Assembly (NCBI GenBank): GCA_030704615.1
Contig: CM060734.1
Coordinates: 51,770,001 to 51,834,000, forward strand
DNA: 64,000 nt
Reading direction: 5' to 3'
From: Takakia lepidozioides
Taxonomy: Eukaryota > Plantae > Bryophyta
Below, one piece after another: positions 14,046-28,432 of the stretch. The stretch's first letter is position 1. Every line of letters starts with the position of its first letter. Position numbers and translations under genes: made by a program. Below the pieces are notes generated by a model, which saw only the letters and a program-made list of their open reading frames with translations, did no database searches and was not told the DNA's origin.

Positions 14046-17000
14046 GTGAGAGGAATGGAGGAAATCAGGGTGAAGAGCACCACAATTCTGCAGAAACAAA
14101 CGATTGCTACCCCACAGGCGATACAGATACTGGAGGAGCTGAGATTGCAAGGATTGCAAAGCCTAGATTGGACACACCATAGACAGTACATGTTACAATT
14201 TTTGCAGAACTTTGAGCCAAGGACAGGAACAACAACGGTGAAGGGAGTTGAATTAATGATTACTCCCCTATACCTCCAGCAATTGTTTCGATTGCCAGCA
14301 GGTCAGGTGCATGTGGAGGAACACAGGGCAAGACTGCAAATAGGGGACTTATTCCAAGAAGGGAGTTTTCTTTAAAACTCAGGGTTATGCTTGTACCAAG
14401 GCTGTGTACCCAGGGCTAAAAGAGGTAGGCCAGGTATTGAACGTTCTGATTGCCATGAAACAGAACCAACAGTATTTGAGCAGATCCTTCACGGAGGAAA
14501 TACTCAAAGGCCTGAAGGGACAAGAGGTACAATGGGCGGACATAATGTACAACGCTGGTGGAGGAGATGAAAAGATTACAAGGTACTACGCAAAGTCTCC
14601 TATCATAGTGTCTGGCCCAATCATTGCTCAAATAATCTTGATTCTGGCATACTTGATGCGCAAGAAAGAAAGGAATGGGAGAGTGTTTGAGCCAGAAAAC
14701 ACTGCAATGGAAGAGCAAGGCTCTTCACACAGTGAGGGTGGACTAGCAGCAGGGCAACCCGAGACTAAGAGGCAGAGACGGGGAAAGACTGTAGTGGCGG
14801 ATCCACTGGCTTCACGGATTCCGCATGATAATAATTTCCCAAGCTCATGGCAGGAAGGGGCACAGCAGCACAGAGAAATGCTATTACTGGAAGCAGGACC
14901 TTTCTTGTTCACATCACAACCCACAGCCAGTGATCGACTTGCAAGGTCACAAGTTTCCATGCAGCTCAACCAGAAATAATTGATTTGGAAAGAGAAGGGT
15001 TAGATATTCCAACTACAGAACAGATAGTGGCAGAAATGGAGAAGGGGACCTCTCTATGAATATTCTGGTCTGGTCAAGGAGACAGAGATTCCAGAGGTGC
15101 AACAGTTGCCCAAGGGAAATCCTGAGGTGCATATAATACACACACCTGTGTCGGAGGTACCACAGGCGGAAGGTCATGACACTGTAGCACCGGTGATAGA
15201 TGAAGTGGTTCAGGAAGAAAAATCCGGTGGGACAATGGCCTGAGTGGTTCGTGAGACATCACACTGTTGAGGATCAGGAGGAACAGCAGCAACCTCACCA
15301 TGATGACCCTCAACAGGCAATGCTGATGAGTTCCATAGGCAGGACACTTAATTTGTTGGGGACTTATGTCAAATCCCATGTTCCAATTACCCAATTGACA
15401 GCCTTGAGAGAGGAACTCAGGAAGGAGTTTGAGGCTCGACTAGCCACTGAGTGTGCAAACAAGGTCGATGAAGAGGTCACTCTCAAGATGCAGCAGGACT
15501 TGGGAAATACAGAAAGCGGCTTTGCAATTGGCCAAGGAACAATTGATTGAGGCAGGCCTCGCGCAAGACCAGTTGCACGAAGCACATAAGCAACAGCTAT
15601 ACCAAATGCAGGTGCAGCATGAAAGCAAGTTGCAAGAAGTGAATGCACTACATACGGAGTTGCAGACAGTGCATGACAGGATGGCGATACAATGTGCTAC
15701 ATTCACAACTATGCTTGACCAATCTACAAAAGAAATAAACAGTCAAGCGGAAAAATGTACGAAGGCAGAAGAAGAGAATGTTGAGCAATGAAGCTCATTG
15801 TCGATATGAAGAATACAATCTGTCGCAATGAGATACTTTCAAGCAATACAGGCAGATTGAAGCTGATCAAGAGAAAGCACATCGTGGAGTTGCAACAAAC
15901 CATCATGGCCAATAGAAATGAAATCGCGGTCAATAACAAGGCTTGGAAGGAAGCCAATAATCTACTTGCTGCTATGCGAATTGGTTGAACCTCAGGCGAA
16001 GCGCATGGAGGCTTTACAACAGCAGTTAGAAGTGTACAAGCTAAGAGAGGAGCAAACTCTCAGGGGAACCACAAGCAACTTGGTGGATAACAGCCTTATG
16101 CAGGTCTGGTTAGCACAAGGGCCCAAGAGGGCAAAGCACCACGAAAGCTCACCCAAAGCGAGATGAATGAGCTCAGACTGCAGGTGCAGAACATTGCCAC
16201 AACTACTATAGACAATGTCTATAGTAGGATAGCAGAGTTACAAGAGGATGTAGACGGACTGCAGACTCAAGTGGAGGACCTCACTTCAAAACATCGACAA
16301 AAGAGTCTATATCCCTCAGGAACAGCTAATGGCTTCTTATTTACAAGCCAGAACTTTGGCTTTTCAGTCTTCACAGGAGGTGCAGGAGATGCCAATGATA
16401 CAAGAGCCAGTACCACCACCACAACAAGTCACTGTACCAGTAGCTGAACCTGTTGTTACTACAACCACACACAGCCACCACAGCCTGAGGTATGGGGCAA
16501 TGCTGCTTTTAACCCACCTAAAACTCCAGCTGCAAGGGAGTACAGTAGGGCTATGATTATGCCCTTCAACCAAATTCCCATCATGTTGGATTTGGCTTGG
16601 AAAGAATTAGTCCTCCGCAGTCATTCGCACATTACTACCAAATCATGCGTATCTGGCTGCCAGTGGCAACTAGGACTAAAGTTCTTCCGAACAATCGATA
16701 TTGAGGATCATCACTTTGCACATACTGGCACGAGGCAGCACGTACCATGTTGAGGGAATTAATTGCTTTCCAGGTTGTACATGGACTCATTTATACCAAG
16801 ACCAAGGAGGTAGCAAGTATTGTCATGGGATGCGGGTTATACTACGCTGCTTGTTTCTGGTACGTTATCACATTGAGCAACAAAAGATGCAAACACGCTT
16901 TCTGAGTTATTCCAGTGGAGATCATTGGGTATTACCTTCGGTGCCACCTCATATGTACCTATATGACCCAAAAGTTATGATGCAAAGGATTCTCAATTCG

Positions 17001-17400
17001 TTCATGGTTTCAAGCGGCCTGAACAATTTGTCAACACAGAAATTCGGCATTGATGATATTTTCTATAAGGGACATGTGGGGCATGGAAATACTTGCACGC
17101 TGCACCAGTAATTGGTACCCCCACTCACCTGGACAGACAAGGAGCTCAGTGTCTACACCAATTTTGTTGCTGTTCAGCGGTTACACCAAGTTGTAAAATA
17201 TAAACTTCCAGACATGGTAGGACAACATTGTATGCCCCAGAGGATTCCACAAAAAGTTCGAAAATTAAAACACCTGAGAGGCGATGAGGATTCTGATACA
17301 ACTGTTTCTTCACCAATTCTTTTGACATGGAGAAGACTATGCATTCAGATGGCAGAGAGAAGCGACGGGGGTCTCCTATGCCGGAAAGGTTACCTCGATA
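14046..17400 (+). pseudogene. Extra post-pol ORF region ('env-like'/accessory), coiled-coil rich, fragmented
   Basis: LQFLQNF..TTTVKGVELMITPLYLQQLFRLP resembles the N-terminal domain of accessory ORFs of non-chromovirus Gypsy elements; 15200-16300 are Q/E/L heptad-rich same-strand fragments. Confidence 0.6.
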
Positions 17401-17522
17401 TCAGCCTCCAGAGGGCCTCACTTATCCAGGTAGTTTATTCTCATAAAAAAACGAATGAAAAAAAAATCCCCCAAAAAAAAACATTTCGGGTCGGGGGAAA
17501 TTAAACATGGCGTGAGAAAAGT

Positions 17523-18379
17523 TGTAACACAGCCCGTCACAGTCGTGCACAACAGGCACAGCACACACACAACACAGCCGTCACAACACAACACAGCCAA
17601 CACAGCCCGTCACAGTCGTCACAGTCGTCACAGCAGACACAGCCGACACAGCCACACAGCCAGTCACAGCCCGACACAGCCAAACACAGTCGCACAGCCA
17701 GTCACAGCCCGTCACAGTTTCACACAGCCAGTCACAGCTTGACACAGCTGTCACGATCATAGGGAACGGAGAGCAGGACAGGGAACGACTGTGGGGAACA
17801 ACACCTGCGAAGGGAACATGTTAGTTCACAGACGACGGTTAGTGAGGGAAACGGTTAGAACCACGGTAGGAAGATAAAGGGAGAAGCGGGGAATTTTGAG
17901 GGACATCATTCGGAGGAGGACTTCTTGGTCATTGAGGAGAGGGGATGGGGCAGAGATGAAGAACGGAAGTGAAGATAGAGAGATGATGAGTAGATGCTTG
18001 ATATATGCAAGGCTGTAATGATATTGTAGAGCAGATTAGAGACACAATGGCTTCGGCCTGATACCTGATAAATCATAATCGGATACTTTTACGATACAAT
18101 CACACTGTGTAGAGAGATCTGAGTGAAGCTGTGGAATGAATGGATGAGTTGATGGAATCCAATAGATTGATAAAGCAAACTGATACTTAATTATCAATGG
18201 TAAGATAGCTAACATGAATACCAAAAGGGAAACAAATAGGAAACACCCCCATGATACACTAGCTGTAGGTCATGACTGATTGTTCTGCGCGGGCTGAGTA
18301 CTTAGAGATTTCCAACTCTTCTATCTTGGAGTTTCCGCCTCGAATAGCAAATGGATGGGTGAGTAAAAGCCGTGCGACA
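17523..18379 (+). repeat. 3' LTR of Gypsy element 1
   Basis: TGTAACACAG...GTGCGACA, matches the 5' LTR. Confidence 0.93.
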
Positions 18380-19519
18380 GGGACGTTGAAGCATAAAAGA
18401 GGAGAGCACTTCACTTGGGAAGAAAGTGAAGCATTGGAGAACGAGGCTGATGCCTGGCAGTCTGAAAAGGAAAGGCGGTTGTGGGAAACCCTGCCAAGAC
18501 AACCATATGGAGAGAATCAAGCAGGTGGGAACTGCCCTTCATTGGGGTGGTGCAAACAAGAGCAAGACCAGAAGCTGAACCACATGAGAAGATAGTGTGT
18601 CATCACAGATGGAGACCCTGGAAAATGCTCTGCCCAGGAGATGAAGAACATTAGGCAACTAGAAACGTGGGGGCCGGCTGAATATGCTCTGCAGTCAACT
18701 TGGCTTGTTGAATGCTTGCATAAGAGATGAGGGGTTGCTGTCAGTACACGACATTGAGTTCATCAAATCCTACAACAGCCCACCATCGCTGCCCACTGCT
18801 TACAAACTGCCACAAAAAACAGTTTCACAGGACTTACAGATGATTGGTGGAAGGCAAGGCCCCTCGCCATGGGCCAGATTAATTGTATGTTGCAGCCCAA
18901 AACAACGACGAGAAGTCATCTAGGGCAACAAACCCCATCTTGGCAGCGTCTTTTGTGTGAGAGAAGTCAAGCTGAACCTGCCCATCATATCGAGTGGGAT
19001 GGACCAGATGTAAAGCTACCAAGCCAACCACACTCATATTCACACTCAAGCAACATAAGCTGGAGCCATTTTCAGATTATGAGTACCCGTGTTTTAAGAA
19101 TACTCCTTCTTCAACTTGCGGTGAACGGGCAGAAAACTTCACAATGTGCAGCAGATTAATGGACCAAGATGCGGAGCTGAATTGGGTATCCACTTGGGCA
19201 ATGTTGGTTTCAAAACCTCGTTCCATCCATGCGTTTTGAAGATCTGGCTTGAATGGGCACACTCCGGCAGTGGAAGGCTCATGGAGTAATGATTTTGGGC
19301 TGATATGCATGCTGACATGCCATGCCGGTGCAAAGAACAGCGTTCTGAGTGGTGATTGTGATCTCAAAATCTGCCCCTGCATTCAAGCTGATTTCTCTCT
19401 CGAGCAGAGCCGCCTTGTGGATGTTCCAGCTAGTGTCCAAAAACAGCTCAAGTGCAAGGCAACAACATCAGCAAGGCATGGTTAGCTAAGCAAGGTCATG
19501 GTGGAGAGGCATTTGAACT

Positions 19520-20335
19520 CTCTGAACGTAATGGACTTCACCCCCTCCCACATCAACTGCTCATAGGTCTCCAAAACCTGCAATCCCCGCCCCTGTTGTG
19601 CATGTCCTGCGATCATCACTTTCCACGACACCACATTTTGCTCAACCATATTGTTGAACACTCCCTATCCAAAAGGGTATTCATGTTCAGAATGGCATCT
19701 ACCACAATTCCAGTTTTGACGATGCAACCATGGACCTCTTTGCCCTTCTCCAACAGGCTCGCACATGCACTACAAACACAAACAATTGTAATGTGCTCGG
19801 GCTTCACCCCCTAGACCCACATCATTTGCTCATAGGTCTCCAAAACCCGCAATCCCCGCCCATGTTGTGCATGTCCTGCGATCATCACGTTCCACCACAC
19901 CACATTTCGCTCAGCCATATTGTTGAACAGTCCTTGTCCACAAGGGAATGCTCCCACGTTTGGCATACATGTCGACGAGGTATTGTTACATCTGGTACAG
20001 TTCCAGCTTTGACGATGTCACGATGGACCTCTTTGCCCTTTACCAAGTCTCCAGGGCTGCCAGGTTTGCACATGCATTGCAAACACAAATGAACGTGACC
20101 CGGTCAGACTGCACCCCTTCTCGTAACATTTGCTCATATGTCTCCAATGCCCTCATCCTGCACACATGCTGGCCATATCTTGCGAGATTCAGCGTGTTCC
20201 TTGAGACAACATCTAGTTCAGCCATGTTATTAAACTCTCCCTTCGCAACTTCATAGGTCTCCAAAGCCTCCATCCCACGTCCTTGCTGTGCATACCCTGC
20301 AAGCATCGCACTCCACGACACTACATCTCGACAAA
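19520..20335 (-). pseudogene. Degenerate PLS-class pentatricopeptide repeat (PPR) gene fragment
   Basis: RDVVSWSAMLAGYAQQGRGMEALETYE, EGVQSDRVTFICVCNAC, GKEVHGCIVKTG are typical PLS PPR motifs; many frameshifts. Confidence 0.85.
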
Positions 20336-22739
20336 ATAGGCTGAAATAGCTCGAAGAAGAAGGTGCCCTCACCACATTGTCCTCTACCTTGTGTCATGAC
20401 CCATTGCGGATTAGACTGACCATGAACCCAAGAAGACCTCTTGTGCGTGCTGCTTGTATCTGTAGTAAGGTAATGTGGGATTGGTTCGTAAGAACCATCA
20501 CGGTGCAGCTGAGCGGGCAAAGATTAAAATATGGGCTGCTAAGACCAAGCTGATTCCCCCAAGAACATTGTGATCATCAAGAAGAATACCAAATCATGGT
20601 ACAAAGGGGAGCCAAGAGCCCACATTTGCACAGAATGCGCCCTTGACGCCATAAACGCTTGCAACAACAGGACATGGGCCTCGATTTGGTCTTCGTCCTT
20701 CTCGCATCACTTGCTCGTCTCTCTCTCAAGCCTCCATCCCTCTCCCAACACTTAGACAAATTCAGGCAAAGGACAAAGTTACTCTTCCACCCTTAGATCA
20801 TTTTACATCCGACGATTAGAACAAACTCTACGAGCCACACAAGCCCTAAAATACATTAAAATATTCCACGTCATGAGCCATGTGGAGCACTTATAAAAAT
20901 TCCATTTTTGAATAGGGTGTGCAATGAATGCCTAGTTGTTAAGAGTCGTTCTCTAGTGCTTAAAACCACTTGTAATTGTTGTTTAAGAAAAAAAAAACAA
21001 TTTACGTAATTGAATTAAATCGCCGCGAATATTGCGCCGACTGCGGAGTCATTGATGCAACTTCTATCCGCCATTAGAAATGCGAATTTATCCGTTACGA
21101 CTGTGCAGTAGTAACAAACATCTCAAAGTTGTTCCCTCAGTGGTTTTGGACATGCAGTCGATTCGGAAAAGACACGAATGCTTCTAGTGCTGCTCTTCCG
21201 ATGTTTCCAATTGATCTCCTCTTCATGTTCGGCCAGAAAAGGTGAAGGGCTTGGCGAATCACCAGTTAGGAGGTGGTCAAGTGATCCAACTAGGATGATC
21301 CGAAGACTGTGTGCAAGGGATGTCGTGGTGCGTCCAAGCATCATCAAAGCTCGAGAGGAGAACTCTCCGTTTGTCTTCAGCACATTTGCATAATGCCAGA
21401 ATCTGAAGCATTTCCCACAATTTCCTTCGCCTAACAAACCAACTTCCAAATGCACCACAGACTCAAAAAACAAACGCTTTGCCTTACCTGACAAGAGAGC
21501 CAAATTTCATTTGATGAAAGATCGAGAGAAAGAGTAGTAGAATAAGAACAATCAAACTGTTTCCATGTAGCAAAGAAGACATGAATCTTAGACCAAATGT
21601 GTCGGGGAAAAAAAGACAATACACCACAAAGAAACCAAAGCTGCAAGGTCAATGATGGCGAGGTCACCCAATACTGATATTTGGACTCGATGTATAAATC
21701 CAGAAAATTAAGTAAGAATCGAGAATAGAAAATAGTCTACCGGTATTTTTGAGTTCTCAAGTTATGAACAATCCATCGTTACAACAGTTAGCATTGAGGG
21801 AGACACACTCTAAACCTCACAATTCCAGAATGATATTGCATAGAATGAACGTAGAACGTTATTTCACACAAAATCCTATGAAATGGAGGATATGCAAAGA
21901 CTTTAAAAAAATTCAATGTCACTATTGCTGTCTGTCAAGTTTTGGGATTTTCATCTGTATATCCAAGTTGTCTGAAGATTTAACTGTTGTATCATATTCC
22001 ATATCATCAACAAAGTTTGGCTCAACAATAGTGGACATCAAATTTCCAAGTGTCTTTGCCCATCCTCCATTTCTATGGGAATTTGTGTGAAATAATGTTC
22101 TACAGTCACTCCCGCACTCCACCTTGTTATGGAGCTCCAATAACCAATGAGTCATAGCCAGGCCACACATGACGGATGCAAAGCCTCAACGCAGTTCCCA
22201 TAACGTAGGACCTTGGCACACAGCGGTGTCAGGCCGTTCCTAAATGCCGGCGGGGCGTCCGCTCGACGTAGTTTTCTAACGCAGGAGAACCTGCGTTATG
22301 CAAATGGAAATGCGTTCCTTGAGAGCTGCAACCTGTAGTAGGACGCCACCAATGTGGAAAGGCGCCATGAGAGAAAAAAAAGGAAGAAATAACGTTATAG
22401 TGACGTCACCCTTTGCCTTGTTGGATCTTAGCAACCAATCCCTGCTCTTGAAACTGGGTCCCACCAAGGAGCCAACAAGGAAAGATGGGGCTTGTGTGGC
22501 CGCTCTCCTTGCAACGTTGGGAAGACGCCGTTCTTCGACGTGCATCCTGCCAACGGAGGCAAATGGTATGTGTGGCTTGGCTATCAATGGATAGGAAATA
22601 CCAATATTTTCTTCCAAAAAACCGGGATAAATTCCTAAAGAATTTTCCCGACAGGGCGAAAGGCCACTAAGATTTCATTTAGGACTTCCCTTAATGGGGG
22701 GAATGGTTTCATTGGTTGATGGAACTCACATGTAGTAGT

Positions 22740-22990
22740 GCTTACAGCGGACACCGTTCACCAAGTTGGGGAACTCCACTCCCCGTAGTGTTTCCAATTG
22801 TAAGGAACCAGTCAAAAACAGTCTTGACCAGATATGGTCCCATCCACACTGAGTTGAACTTGGCCATGAACTCCTCGTTCCGACTATCGAATAACACCAA
22901 ATCCCCTGGGTCGAAAATCATCTTTTTGCGCTTTGGACGAGTGACTTTAGTTTTGAAAACAGTTATTGAACCACAAACATGCGTCGCTTT
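22740..22990 (-). mobile_element. Gypsy integrase C-terminal fragment
   Basis: Minus-strand translation FDPGDLVLFDSR..AKFNSVWMGPYLVKTVF matches the GPY/F module downstream of the integrase core. Confidence 0.6.
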
Positions 22991-25900
22991 GCTCCTCCCT
23001 CACTATTCATATAATTCAATTCATATTTTTCCATGACCACTGCCCAGACCATACAATTCTAAACTAATGAGAAAATACGAACCATTAGTTCGGGCCTTCA
23101 CCAACATGGTTTGCACACCCCCCATTAAATATTAGTACTGTAGGCATCAAGTTGACGCCCATAACAACAATATGGGGCAGGTATGGCCTTTGGTGTGACC
23201 AACATATGGAAAACTTGAGCATTGGATAGCAGAACAAATGTTGTGCGAATTTATGTCCATAAAAGGCCCAAAATTTGGCCAATTTTGGAACTTAAAAGCT
23301 TATGCTATATCTAAACTACTTAATCTAATCCCCTTGTGATTTTTTTTGGCATGTTAAATTAAAGAGCTACCTACCTTACTAAATTGGTAGTGGTAGTGAA
23401 TTTGGTAGGTGCTTAAATTATCAGCTTTGGGTCATACCAGCACAATTGAGTATCATGTTGAAATGGAAGTCTACACATGTGGAGGTTCTATCATATTTCT
23501 GTCACATTTCCATGCAGCTCCATGCAAGGTTTGAATGTGACTCCCTCAATGCTAGCTGTTCTACAACATGGGCCATTCTAAACTCAAAAATAGCGGTAGA
23601 CTATTTTCTATCTTCAAAATATGGAAATTTAGACATACTTGTGTCCACCCCCATAAATATAGGTGGACTCTTTTCCACCTCCTATAAGCCAAATCATGCC
23701 AAAAATTTAAGATGTATACATTACAGATTTCATGCAAATAGACAGACAATTGCATATACAAACTAGAACACGAAACATGGAACCAACCGAGGAACATTAA
23801 GAAAAGAACACAAAACCAAATCCCTTCCAGCAAACCACCCCATTCAAGTAGGTTGCACAGTAGTGTTCATAAAAGAGAGTTATTGGACTACCAACGCACA
23901 CATTTGGATGGCTATGGTTCACCACAGCTTGTCGACGATATACCATTCCTCAATTGGATCATATCTCTGCCTGTACTTTTTCCCAAGTATGGCAATACAT
24001 GTTTTCCCTGTAACAAACTATACCAACCTGTAACCGTTCAGATTTCTTCTCATAGACACATAGACACCCTTCCACTCTCCACTCCTGTTTTTGCTCTGTC
24101 GAACTGGGCACAAGGTCTGGCCATGAGCAAGCAGACGCCAATGAACCCACTATTACTTCAATCACAGCTTCACTTAGAGCAAGAGAGAAGGTCCAGATAT
24201 GAGGAATCAGGAAGGAATCTACTCAAGAGAATGTTTGGTGATAGGAGAACAACAAAAGAATTGACGAGTACTACACCCATCACTTACACCTTGACATGTT
24301 ATGCAATTGCAAAAAGGACTCTGCTTCTGGCACCTGTGGTTGGCCAAACATAAACACCTCCCTTAATCCATTGCACACTTCAGCCACCAAGGACACTGGC
24401 TATCCTTGTGAACTCATGGCTAACAGGAAGGGGGGCTGAATCCGGACAGCGGCTGCTGAGTGAGGCTACTACCAAAATTGTTACCCACCTACCTTCCTTG
24501 CCAAAGTACACTCGTAGTTTTCGCAGCTTGCATCAGCAGCACCTGTGATGAAGTCAGCTGATCAAGTGACATCCATTTGCTTGTTGATCTCTCTCTCCTC
24601 TGTCCACAGAAACTATATGCAATGTTGATCTGCAAAATAGGCAAATCCCACGATATCCTGTTGCGCTCAAACCACTGAGAGAATTGTTCCAATGTGGATT
24701 GGCTGTGTACTCTAGAGACCAAGGATTTGACCACATACCTGCACTCAACGATCTTACTCTTCCATTGCAAACTTACTGAAGGAATGCATGGGCACTTCAA
24801 ACCTTCAGAGAACCTCCAATGCCAAGGCAGGGTACAGCACACTCAAGTACATATACACCTCACATGAGGCAGCTAAAAGGGATAAATATGAATGTACAGA
24901 GGCACCACGACCGAGGAAATGGGAAACCCACTGTTTAGAGAGATGCGAGGCAACCCAATTGCAGAGAATGGTTCTATGTTTTCCCTTGCTGCAGTGAGTA
25001 CTCGAAGTCCTCTGACATGGCATGAACACTGAAACCACCTGAGATACTCTGGCAAGGCATTTAAGATGCACCAGCCTGCCATTGATGTCCTTTCAAAAGA
25101 AGAAAGGAAAGGGTGCCGCGGGGGCCTAGAAATGATCCTTCTAGAGGAAAGTTTTGTAGTTTATTCCCCAATCCAGTTTTCCCCAGGTGGGTTATTTGGA
25201 AAGTGTAGGCAATCCAATGTTACTAACACAAATTGGTAACACAAAGTGGTGTTGTGGTGAAGATATTTGTGGGTAAGATGCAGCACCTCTATGTAGGGCG
25301 TCTGTTCGCAGGCACAGAGAATGTTTAGCTTTCATCTCCTGAAACTCCATACTTATGTGAGAATGTTGGCAATTTCTATTCTTTTTGCACTGTCTCAAAA
25401 TGTAGCTCTTATTCTCGACTGTCAGGTTGTGCGTTGGGCAATGGGAAAATTATGTTCCGCTTTGCACTAGACTATAGAGAGACCTGTTGGATCAGGCTTT
25501 CAAGTCTGGGTGACCATCTTACAGGTTGATGAATTGACTAGGAAAATGTGGGAGGGAAGGACCTGGAAGGTCATGAACTAATGTATGAAGAGAGAGAGAT
25601 TTAGGGCTTGTCTTGTCTTGACAAGAAAGGATCTGTCTATTTCAGACTAGACCAAAAACATTTAGACATCATAGCCTTCAAAGAAGGCACCATCACATTT
25701 CCTCGTGATCCAGACCCAACATTGACTCCATTTCCATAGAGGTGATCGGGGTGGTTGGGGTGTCCTTTGTAATCAAATACAGTAGTAGATTTGCCATAGG
25801 GATATGCACAATGGTTCACAATTTTTAATGAACAGTTAATACTGGTCCATGATCAAGTAGGAGATAGCTATGTGTAATCCAAATAGCTGCTATGTCATAT

Positions 25901-26716
25901 AAAGATTTTACATATTTTATCACATAGCTGCTAAGCATCATTGTGTTGCATTTTGTTTTCAAACAACACCTCTATCAAGTCAATGCATACTTACCACTGA
26001 CATGCTCTACAGGAAACTTGATCAAAGAGCTCAGAACTTTGACAACTTAGGTTCCGACAATGAGCTCATGATAACAAACCTCATAGTCATATATCGTAAC
26101 AATGCACTAAATCACTAACCTAGCAGATTGGAAAAATCTAATGAGTATAGTTTAGATCCCTTGAGAGGGCAACCCATTTATATTCTTTCCTGAAGTCCAC
26201 TCTTAGGTAGTGGCACCACAACATTAGATGCTCACTGCAAGTAAGCAACCTTCTAATATCTGCAAGACAACTCCATATCCAGCTCTGTGATTTCAGACAC
26301 AAACCCAAAATTCATGGAAGAAGAGAGGCCCTCACCTGCACCCGTCCCAAAAGACACCACAAGCATATGATGTGGGTCAGTGAGGATGTGCGAGGTCAAT
26401 GGCAAGCCTCTTACGTGCTATAGCTTTTCAATGTGAATCGGTAGGTATAATATCCAATATCAGAGCATAAACCACTTGGACACAAGTGCAATTGAGCAAT
26501 TCAAAATTATACAAAGACAATCTTGCACGATCCTTAGAAAGATCATATATTGCAGTGAGAGCCTGGTAAACTCGGAGCTCTAAACTACCTAGAAAAACTA
26601 TGACAGACAATGGTATCACTATGCTACCATCTGATCTGAGGCATCTCCTACTTGCAAGTTAGCAGCTACCATCTGTTGACTGGACCTCAACCCTCTGTCG
26701 CTGTTTCTCCATTTGC

Positions 26717-26752
26717 CTCTCTCTCTCTCTCTCTCTCTCTCTCGTTCTCTCT
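26717..26752. repeat. (CT)n microsatellite
   Basis: Direct ctctct run with one interruption. Confidence 0.9.
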
Positions 26753-28088
26753 CATGCTTTTGAAAGTAGCACATATTTGTTTCTTATATTTCTCTCTCAG
26801 GAGAAATTTGATAGATTATCAATTCTTTCTTATGCCAAAGTGGAATTAGGGTTTTGTGCCTTCCACTATCTGCTACTACGACATACATGGTCTGCGAAGA
26901 CAGAAAGGAGAGTGGTACTTCCGTGCAGGTTCCTAACGAACCAACATTGCATTTGATGGCGAACTAATATATGATAGTTTATGCTAGGCCCTGTAGCAGC
27001 AGCATACTGGAGTATATATCTTCTACATGATCTGGTCAATGTACAAAGCTTTTCTGATTGGTGTACTGTATCCTATGCCTTGGTGTCAGAATTAGGAAAC
27101 CCAAAATGAGAACAAAGTTAGTACCAACCCCTTGACTCTTGATTCAGTCGAGTCAATGGCACTCCTTACTTCCAGCCACTTGACTCTAAGAAGTCAAATT
27201 AGTGATACTGATCAAGATTATGAACTGCTAACATGCACTATATGAACAAGGTAAGTATGACAGAAACAGTACTTCTGTCACAATCTTCTGACCACGAGAA
27301 GCCTCTGGAAGCTGCTAAGGAATGAGCGCTCTTTCCACATCATCAGTGGGGCCACATCATCAGTAAGAGGGGTAAAGACCGTCATCCAAATGGGAATCCA
27401 CAATCTTTTGGAAATCGACCATCACAAGTATTACCAGGGCTCCATGTGAGCATAATAGAATTTCTAAGCCCTAGCAAGTATATATCAGCTATGATGAACT
27501 CAATGAATAGTGACTTCAAATTCAACCTAACGGGTTGTGAGCACCGCATCAAGTGTAATTTTGTACCCACATGTATGAGCGCTGTATCTCATGTCAGATA
27601 TCACCATCGCATCCTAATTAACACACACCACCAGCACTTTCATTTCTCAAAAACCGTTGGCGAAAAACCCTATGCCTCAGCCTCGGGGCTTTCAAAATTG
27701 GGGGGTTGCTATTCCATGAGCTCATGAGCGGGCATGGCTCACCCATGAGCAGCCAAGTAACACACTACGAATAAATGCAGGTTTTTTTTTGGCCCAAAAC
27801 GATAAAATAATTGAAAGTAGTATAAGAAGAGTAGGTTTTCAAAGATTTCCGCGCTCATGCCGGAAGCACTCCACTCACAAGTACCAGTATCCGCTCATGA
27901 CTTGGAGCCCAAGCTCATCGACCGCCAGCCCAGGTCATAGAAAAACAGAATTTTTGGCCAGTAACGACACCGAAATTACCCCAGAGGAAGAGACGCAAGT
28001 GGAATTAGGATCCGGGTTTGCAGACTCCAGAAACGCAATGGCGACCTGTAACCGTGGATAGTACTGTTGCAGAAGTGCAGGATGGTTG

Positions 28089-28432
28089 GGTATAATGGGG
28101 CCGTAATTGGGCACAGGAAAAGAAATAGCCGGCTGAAGGCTCGGGAGTGAAGCCAATAACGGTGCCGAAATTGGGCTCCGCCAACCAAATACCCGACTGA
28201 AGCCTCCGGAGTGCAGTCAATAACGGCGCCGAAATTGGGGTCCAGAAACCAAATACCCTGCTGAAGCCTCTGGAGTGCAACCAATAACGGTGCCGAAATT
28301 GGGCACCGGAAACCAAATTCCCAGCTGAAGCTTCCGTAGTCCATCCAATAACGGTGCCGAAATTGGGTTCCGGAGAATAAATACCCGGCTTACAACAACG
28401 GAGTTTTGCCAATAATGGCGCCGAAATTGAGG
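28089..28432. repeat. 64-bp-period tandem array with palindromic core CCAATAACGGTGCCGAAATTGG
   Basis: Cores at 28089 (degenerate), 28153, 28217, 28281, 28345, 28409; dispersed copies near 27958 and 29622. Confidence 0.9.

Larger units (their letters stand above)
5531..18379 (+). mobile_element. Full-length Ty3/Gypsy LTR retrotransposon (non-chromovirus, Athila/Tat-like) with extra 3' ORF
   Basis: Direct LTRs 5531-6420 and 17523-18379 ending GCCGTGCGACA; TGG-starting PBS after the 5' LTR; gag-PR-RT-RH-INT order. Confidence 0.95.

Noticed and set aside
5526-18384. TSD for Gypsy element 1
   Set aside because: Flanks AGGGG and GGGAC are only partly alike and the 5' LTR begins GG; cannot be resolved within a G-run.
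18380-19000. LINE ORF2 C-terminal relic as the target of Gypsy element 1
   Set aside because: Only faint resemblance across frames; not supportable without a search.
20800-27600. Short ORFs across this interval (e.g. 23853-24353, 25637-25819)
   Set aside because: Apart from the integrase fragment no motif was recognised; probably decayed TE or gene fragments.
27763-27775. CACTACGAATAAA as a CACTA terminus
   Set aside because: No matching inverted end or TSD was found.
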